Origin: Gammaproteobacteria bacterium
GTDB lineage: Bacteria; Pseudomonadota; Gammaproteobacteria; SZUA-229
Assembly: GCA_029882215.1 (NCBI GenBank)
Contig: JAOULC010000002.1
Coordinates: forward strand, 17,681 to 81,680
Length of the DNA: 64,000 nt
Reading direction: 5' to 3'
Under the pieces are notes generated by a model. The model was not told the origin of the DNA, did no database searches, and was given only the letters and a program-made list of their open reading frames with translations. A program made the position numbers and the translations under genes. How positions within the stretch are numbered: the stretch's first letter is position 1; the number at the start of each line of letters is the position of its first letter. Below, one piece after another: positions 57,616-64,000 of this stretch.

Positions 57616-58232
57616 TGAGACTAAAAAAACTGACTTCTATTGCTGTATTTCTGCTGTCTCTGGCTGTCGCTTCAAATGCTGTCGCGGCTGCAAAATTAGC
57701 GGCGGATGAGTTAATAAAAAACACCTCTGAGCAGGTATTGAAGGCGCTGGAAGAGCAAAAAGAGCGGCTGAAAAAAGACCCTAACCATGTTTACAAACTG
57801 GTGGATGAAATCATTCTACCGAATATCGATTTTGAAAAAATGGCCAAGCTGGCGCTGGGTAAAAACTGGCGTAAAGCGAATAAGTCAGAGCAAAAAGCCT
57901 TTACAGTGGCATTCAGACAATTGCTGGTCAGAACCTATAGTAAGTCATTAAGTGAATATAGCGGGCAAAAGCTTATTTATTTACCCTTTAGAATGGCCGA
58001 TGGTGATACCGAGGTGACGGTGAGAACCGAGATAGATCAGCAGAGTGGTTTCCCGATTCCGGTGGATTATTCGCTATTTTTAAAAGGGGATGAGTGGAAG
58101 GTATATGATATTAAGATTGATGGTTTAAGTCTGGTGACTAACTATCGGGGCAGTTTTGCGAAAGAAATCAGAGCCAAAGGCATCGCTGAGCTGATCAAAA
58201 AACTGCAAGACAAGAACAAGCAGGAATCATGA
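57615..58232 (+). CDS. mlaC: Periplasmic phospholipid-binding protein MlaC
   Basis: A signal peptide and a Tgt2/MlaC fold are present in 205 aa. Confidence 0.85.
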   Translation: MRLKKLTSIAVFLLSLAVASNAVAAAKLAADELIKNTSEQVLKALEEQKERLKKDPNHVYKLVDEIILPNIDFEKMAKLALGKNWRKANKSEQKAFTVAFRQLLVRTYSKSLSEYSGQKLIYLPFRMADGDTEVTVRTEIDQQSGFPIPVDYSLFLKGDEWKVYDIKIDGLSLVTNYRGSFAKEIRAKGIAELIKKLQDKNKQES

Positions 58233-58531
58233 TGGCAGATTTTAATGTCGAAGTAGCCACTGACGGACTGGTGAAAATTGGCGGTGTACTGGACTTAAGC
58301 ACTGTTCAGGTGCTGAAAAAACAAACTATTGGTTTGTTTAATGGCCCATCCGAGATACAATTTGACCTTTCGGCGGTTAGCCAAAGTAATAGTGCAGCGT
58401 TAGCACTGATGCTCGAATGGTTAAAAATTGCCCAAAAACATCAAGTTTCACTAACCTTTAGCAATTTCCCCGAACATTTGCTTCAGCTGGCAAGTGTTTA
58501 TGGTATCGAGCAAGACTTAAATATAATCTGA
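58229..58531 (+). CDS. mlaB: STAS-domain protein MlaB
   Basis: A 100 aa STAS/anti-sigma-antagonist-like protein overlapping the mlaC stop. Confidence 0.75.
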   Translation: MMADFNVEVATDGLVKIGGVLDLSTVQVLKKQTIGLFNGPSEIQFDLSAVSQSNSAALALMLEWLKIAQKHQVSLTFSNFPEHLLQLASVYGIEQDLNII

Positions 58532-59791
<1,260 letters not shown>

Positions 59792-59828
59792 TTTTTTAGT
59801 TCATAACCAATAGATTAAAAGAAATTTC

Positions 59829-60464
59829 ATGAGTGATGTAATTACAATTGCCTTATCAAAAGGCCGTATCTTTAAAGAGACCATGCCACTGCTGGCAGCC
59901 GCAGGTATTATTCCGACAGATGATCCGGAAAAGAGTCGTAAACTGATTCTTGATACTAACCGCGATGACGTTAAGCTGGTTGTTATCCGTGCCACTGATG
60001 TGCCAACTTATGTGCAGTACGGTGCTGCTGATATTGGCGTTGCCGGTAAAGATGTTTTACTTGAGCACGGTGCGGAAGGTCTATACGAGCCGGTTGATTT
60101 GAAAATTGCCAGTTGCAAGTTAATGACGGCCGGGCCGGTAGATTACATGCCACCGACAGGCCGCTTACGGGTTGCAACAAAATTTGTAAACGTAACCAAA
60201 GAATATTTTGCATCCATCGGTCAGCAAGTTGAAGTCATTAAACTTTATGGTTCTATGGAGTTAGGGCCTATCGTCGGCTTGTCTGACTTAATTGTTGATG
60301 TGGTTGATACGGGCAATACACTGAAGGCGAATGGTTTGAAGCCAATGGATAAAATTGCCGATATCAGTTCGCGTTTAATCGTCAATAAAGCCTCAATGAA
60401 AATGAAACATGATCGCTTACAGCAAATCATCGAACAAATGCGTGACGCAGTAGAAGGTAAGTAA
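59829..60464 (+). CDS. hisG: ATP phosphoribosyltransferase, short form
   Basis: A 211 aa HisG-S; the short form implies a separate HisZ elsewhere. Confidence 0.9.
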   Translation: MSDVITIALSKGRIFKETMPLLAAAGIIPTDDPEKSRKLILDTNRDDVKLVVIRATDVPTYVQYGAADIGVAGKDVLLEHGAEGLYEPVDLKIASCKLMTAGPVDYMPPTGRLRVATKFVNVTKEYFASIGQQVEVIKLYGSMELGPIVGLSDLIVDVVDTGNTLKANGLKPMDKIADISSRLIVNKASMKMKHDRLQQIIEQMRDAVEGK

Positions 60465-60469
60465 TAGCC

Positions 60470-61774
60470 ATGCTTGATATTAAACGCCTGAATTCACACG
60501 ATGCTAACTTTCAGCAGCAACTAGATGACTTATTAGCCTGGGAAAGTGTCTCGGATAAAAAAGTTTTTAACACGGTTATGGAGATTCTTGATGCGGTTAA
60601 AGCTCAAGGTAATGTCGCTGTGCTGGAATACACCAATCGTTTTGATGGCTGTACATTTAATAACGGCGCTGAGCTTGAGTTATCAAAAGATCAGTTAAGC
60701 GCTGCGCTGGAGTCAATTAATCCTGAGCAGCGCCAGGCTCTGGAAAAGGCGGCGGAACGTGTGCGTGCTTATGCTGAGCATCAGAAAATGGAATCATGGT
60801 CTTATACTGAAGCTGACGGCACTGTACTGGGCCAGCAGGTGACATCATTAGATCGTGTTGGTTTATATGTGCCGGGTGGTAAAGCGGCTTATCCCTCATC
60901 TGTATTAATGAATGCAATTCCGGCGAAGGTTGCCGGAGTTCCGGAACTGATTATGGTGGTGCCAACGCCTAATGGTGAAACCAATGCACTGGTACTGGCA
61001 GCAGCGGCGATTGCTGGTGTTGACCGGGTTTTCACCATTGGCGGTGCACAGGCCGTTGCCGCACTGGCTTATGGTACCGAAACCATTCCTCAGGTTGATA
61101 AAATCGTCGGCCCCGGCAATATTTATGTGGCAACCGCTAAGCGCATGGTATTCGGTACAGTCGGCATCGATATGATTGCCGGGCCATCAGAAATTTTAGT
61201 GTTGTGCGATGGTAAAACAGATCCTGACTGGATTGCGATGGATTTATTCTCACAGGCAGAGCACGATGAAGATGCCCAGTCTATTCTGGTGTGTCCCGAC
61301 GCGGCTTACATTGAACAGGTTGTCACCAGTGTTGAAAAACTGATCAAAGAAATGCCGCGTGCAGAGATCATTAAAGCCTCGCTTGAAGCACGGGCAGCTT
61401 TTATTACAGTTGATGACTTAAATCAGGCGGCAGAAATCAGTAACTTTATTGCCCCTGAGCATTTAGAGTTGTCAGTTGAAGATGCGCAGCAATTTGCAGA
61501 GCAAAAAATCAAACATGCCGGTGCTATTTTTATGGGTCGTTACACGGCTGAGGCGCTGGGTGATTATTGTGCCGGTCCTAATCATGTTTTACCAACTTCT
61601 CGTACCGCGCGTTTCTCGTCACCTTTAGGTGTGTATGATTTCCAGAAGCGCTCAAGCTTGATTGGTTGTTCGGCAGATGGTGCATCTGAGCTGGGTAAAA
61701 CAGCATCGATTCTGGCACGTGGTGAGGGTCTGGTTGCGCATGCTTGTTCGGCTGAGTATCGTATTAAAAAGTAA
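60470..61774 (+). CDS. hisD: Histidinol dehydrogenase
   Basis: Full-length HisD with Zn/NAD motifs; 434 aa. Confidence 0.95.
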   Translation: MLDIKRLNSHDANFQQQLDDLLAWESVSDKKVFNTVMEILDAVKAQGNVAVLEYTNRFDGCTFNNGAELELSKDQLSAALESINPEQRQALEKAAERVRAYAEHQKMESWSYTEADGTVLGQQVTSLDRVGLYVPGGKAAYPSSVLMNAIPAKVAGVPELIMVVPTPNGETNALVLAAAAIAGVDRVFTIGGAQAVAALAYGTETIPQVDKIVGPGNIYVATAKRMVFGTVGIDMIAGPSEILVLCDGKTDPDWIAMDLFSQAEHDEDAQSILVCPDAAYIEQVVTSVEKLIKEMPRAEIIKASLEARAAFITVDDLNQAAEISNFIAPEHLELSVEDAQQFAEQKIKHAGAIFMGRYTAEALGDYCAGPNHVLPTSRTARFSSPLGVYDFQKRSSLIGCSADGASELGKTASILARGEGLVAHACSAEYRIKK

Positions 61775-61900
61775 ATTGAATTCTTCAATTTATTTTAACA
61801 ACTTCTTTATCACTCTACTGTCCTAATGTTATAAGTGTTTTATTCCCTCCCCTGGGGTGAGGGGTTAGCCTATATGAATTTGTATTCTTCAGGCATTGTC

Positions 61901-61935
61901 GGTACTCGTGCCGGCGGGCGAGTCACTTTTTTTTT
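61901..61935 (+). terminator. Rho-independent terminator downstream of hisD
   Basis: A GC-rich hairpin (ACTCGTGCC...GGCGAGT) is followed by T9. Confidence 0.45.
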
Positions 61936-62571
61936 ACAGCTAAAAAAGTAACCCAAAAAGCTGCCCTAACACTGTTTGCCCTGCGGGTATCCGTGCATTG
62001 TCACCAAGTTCTTCTAAGTGATTTACAAGATTTCATATATTAGCTTCACTACCGGGTCATTTCACATTCACGTCCCTGCTCAGTAAAGCTCAATCTGCCG
62101 TCCATGGCAGATTACCCCTGCTTTAAAATAATGCACGGCAAACACTGAGACGGGAAGGTAAGTCAAAACCGATAAGTCCTAATAGTCTTTAGCCTTTGGT
62201 CTTTTGACTTTTGTTTAGATTTACTCTTCCCACTTAAACAAGCCGAGGTAATTCTCATCGCCTCATAATGAGAACTTGATTAACGAGATGAACTCTCTTG
62301 CTTACTATATTTTACCCACTTTGACGTAAGTAAGGAGCGTGAGCAGAATACGGAAGCTTAGCTGTAAAAAAGTACTCACCGCCGGTGTGACTACCAACAA
62401 TGCCAAAACGAAGCAAGTCGCTTACACCTTGCCATGATATGCTGGAAAAGTCTTGTGACTTGACTTAAGAGGATCGGAGCTCTTGTTGCTTTTTATAAGG
62501 TTAAATAGTTTTCGGCTTTGATTTAACTATATGCTATTGTTAGACGACATAACATACAAATACTGCAGGTA

Positions 62572-62763
62572 GTGCTAATGGGTGATGTACTTCCCTTCAA
62601 AAAGAAAACAGCCAAAGAAAAACATGGCAAAAGAATCATGTGCCAAAGCGGTTTTCACAAATGGGAAGTAATGACTGAAAAAAAGTTTGATGTAAAGCAA
62701 GGTAAGCTGGTCACCGTTTATAAATGCAAACGCTGTGGAATAATAAAAAACGAAGCGCGATAG
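62572..62763 (+). CDS. Small hypothetical Zn-ribbon-like protein, 63 aa
   Basis: A lysine-rich small ORF with a C-x4-H...C-x2-C arrangement (CQSGFH...CKRCG). It sits in lower-GC DNA, and I have no other support. Confidence 0.25.
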   Translation: MLMGDVLPFKKKTAKEKHGKRIMCQSGFHKWEVMTEKKFDVKQGKLVTVYKCKRCGIIKNEAR

Positions 62764-62918
62764 TAGTTTGAGATGGACTGTTGTTAATCTATGGAAGTTA
62801 TGCAGAGAATTCCGCTATAGTATCTTGAAGCGATACATAGCAGACATTAAATAATAAAGTATAAATGACTGACTAATTAAATAAGCAATCATTATAAATA
62901 ACAGATATAAATACACCC

Positions 62919-63989
62919 ATGGAAAATTTAGAACGCATTGGTTATGGCAGTTGGTTGCAAGCACATATGCATGCTAGCAAGATGGCAGGTCATGAAATTG
63001 CGCGAGTTGTATCAGTCCACAAAGGTAGCTATATGGTAAGCAAAGGTGATGGTGATGTCTTTGCTGAATTAACTGGGAAATTAGCTTACTCTTCAAATTC
63101 TGCCGCTGATTTACCGACAACAGGTGATTGGGTTTATGTTGATTTCTATGACGGTGATACGCATGCAATTATTCATGATGTTTTTCCAAGAAAAACGTTA
63201 ATACAAAGAAAATCATCAGGAAAGTCTATTGATTTTCAGTTGGTCGCCGCAAATATTGATACTGCTTTTATTGTTCAATCAGTAGATTATAATTTTAATC
63301 TCAGACGTTTAGAACGATATCTGGTCATGGTAAATGAAAGTAACATCACCCCGGTTATTCTGTTGAGTAAATGCGACCTGATATCACAGGAACAAATAAA
63401 TAAAATAGTAGAAAGTGTTGTAGAAATCACCTCTCAAACTACGATATTGCCATTTAGTAATCAAAGTGGTGTAAATATTGATGCCATAAAAAATTTACTT
63501 CTATATGGTCATACTTATTGCTTACTTGGATCTTCAGGTGTTGGTAAAACAACTTTGTTAAATAGTATTCTCGGCAGCGAACTATTTAAAACCAGAACAG
63601 TAGGTAAAATTGATAGTAAAGGTCGACACACGACAACAAGTCGTGAATTGGTATCCTTAGATAATGGCGCAATGTTGATAGATACACCAGGAATGAGAGA
63701 GCTTGGTAATATATCTGTAGAAGTTGGTATAGATGAAACCTTCTCAGACATAATCGGGTTGTCTATGAGCTGTAAATTTAGTAATTGTAAGCATATAAAC
63801 GAAAAAGGCTGCGCAATTCTTTCGGCTATTAATGATGCTGCTCTGTCAGAAAAAAGATACCAGAATTACATAAAAATGAAAAATGAATCTTCCTTCAACG
63901 AAATGTCATATTTTGAAAAGAGACAAAAAGATAAAAATTTTGGGAAGATGGTCAAATCTGTGATGATAAATAAACCTAAAAAGCAGTGA
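62919..63989 (+). CDS. rsgA: Ribosome small-subunit-dependent GTPase A (circularly permuted GTPase)
   Basis: The permuted order is G4 (LLSKCDL), G1 (GSSGVGKTTLLNSIL) then G3 (DTPG). The C-terminal Zn finger CKFSNCKHINEKGCAI matches the RsgA pattern C-x-F-x-x-C-K-H-x5-GCA. Confidence 0.8.
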   Translation: MENLERIGYGSWLQAHMHASKMAGHEIARVVSVHKGSYMVSKGDGDVFAELTGKLAYSSNSAADLPTTGDWVYVDFYDGDTHAIIHDVFPRKTLIQRKSSGKSIDFQLVAANIDTAFIVQSVDYNFNLRRLERYLVMVNESNITPVILLSKCDLISQEQINKIVESVVEITSQTTILPFSNQSGVNIDAIKNLLLYGHTYCLLGSSGVGKTTLLNSILGSELFKTRTVGKIDSKGRHTTTSRELVSLDNGAMLIDTPGMRELGNISVEVGIDETFSDIIGLSMSCKFSNCKHINEKGCAILSAINDAALSEKRYQNYIKMKNESSFNEMSYFEKRQKDKNFGKMVKSVMINKPKKQ

Positions 63990-64000
63990 GCAATAAAAAC

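Noticed and set aside
61789-62571. A search of the ORF-free spacer for tmRNA, tRNA or a retron-like ncRNA
   Set aside because: No tRNA-like T-arm (GGTTCGAATCC / GGTTCAAATCC or complement), no ANDENYALAA-type tag frame and no adjacent reverse transcriptase were found. Structured ncRNA cannot be excluded, but none is recognisable by eye.

Overview
This is a 64 kb stretch of a gammaproteobacterial chromosome, about 45% GC by eye, densely coding and dominated by recognisable housekeeping operons. Features in order: trmD-rplS; a secreted helical-repeat protein with ogt; htpG; a divergent Pho-box-controlled pair (PstS-like/OmpA fusion and a FimV/FecR-like protein); hslR and a NUDIX hydrolase; amt; pcnB-folK-dNK-panBCD; an operonic DUF1800/DUF1501 pair; an SDR epimerase; a sensor GGDEF-EAL protein; purEK; a rubrerythrin / CCG Fe-S oxidoreductase / DUF3501 triad; aceE-aceF-lpd (E3 carries an N-terminal lipoyl domain); three hypothetical envelope proteins; argG; a PAS-GGDEF cyclase; a small outer-membrane beta-barrel protein; mgtE; the full regulatory PTS/sigma-54 block rpoN-hpf-ptsN-hprK-rapZ-EIIA(Man)-HPr-EI; lptCAB-kdsCD-yrbG; a DUF72-like gene; an mla operon with a TolC-like outer-membrane gene between mlaD and mlaC; murA-hisG-hisD; then about 0.8 kb with no ORFs and a lower-GC tail holding a small Zn-ribbon ORF and an rsgA-type GTPase. 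I found no rRNA, tRNA, CRISPR array, transposase or integrase. The candidates for undescribed biology are: (1) the TolC-like gene inside mla; (2) the DUF1800/DUF1501 pair; (3) the rubrerythrin/CCG/DUF3501 triad; (4) the Pho-box PstS-OmpA locus; (5) the lipoprotein/MotY-like trio after lpd; (6) the hisD-proximal junction. All family assignments come from reading the translated ORFs by eye and carry no database scores.
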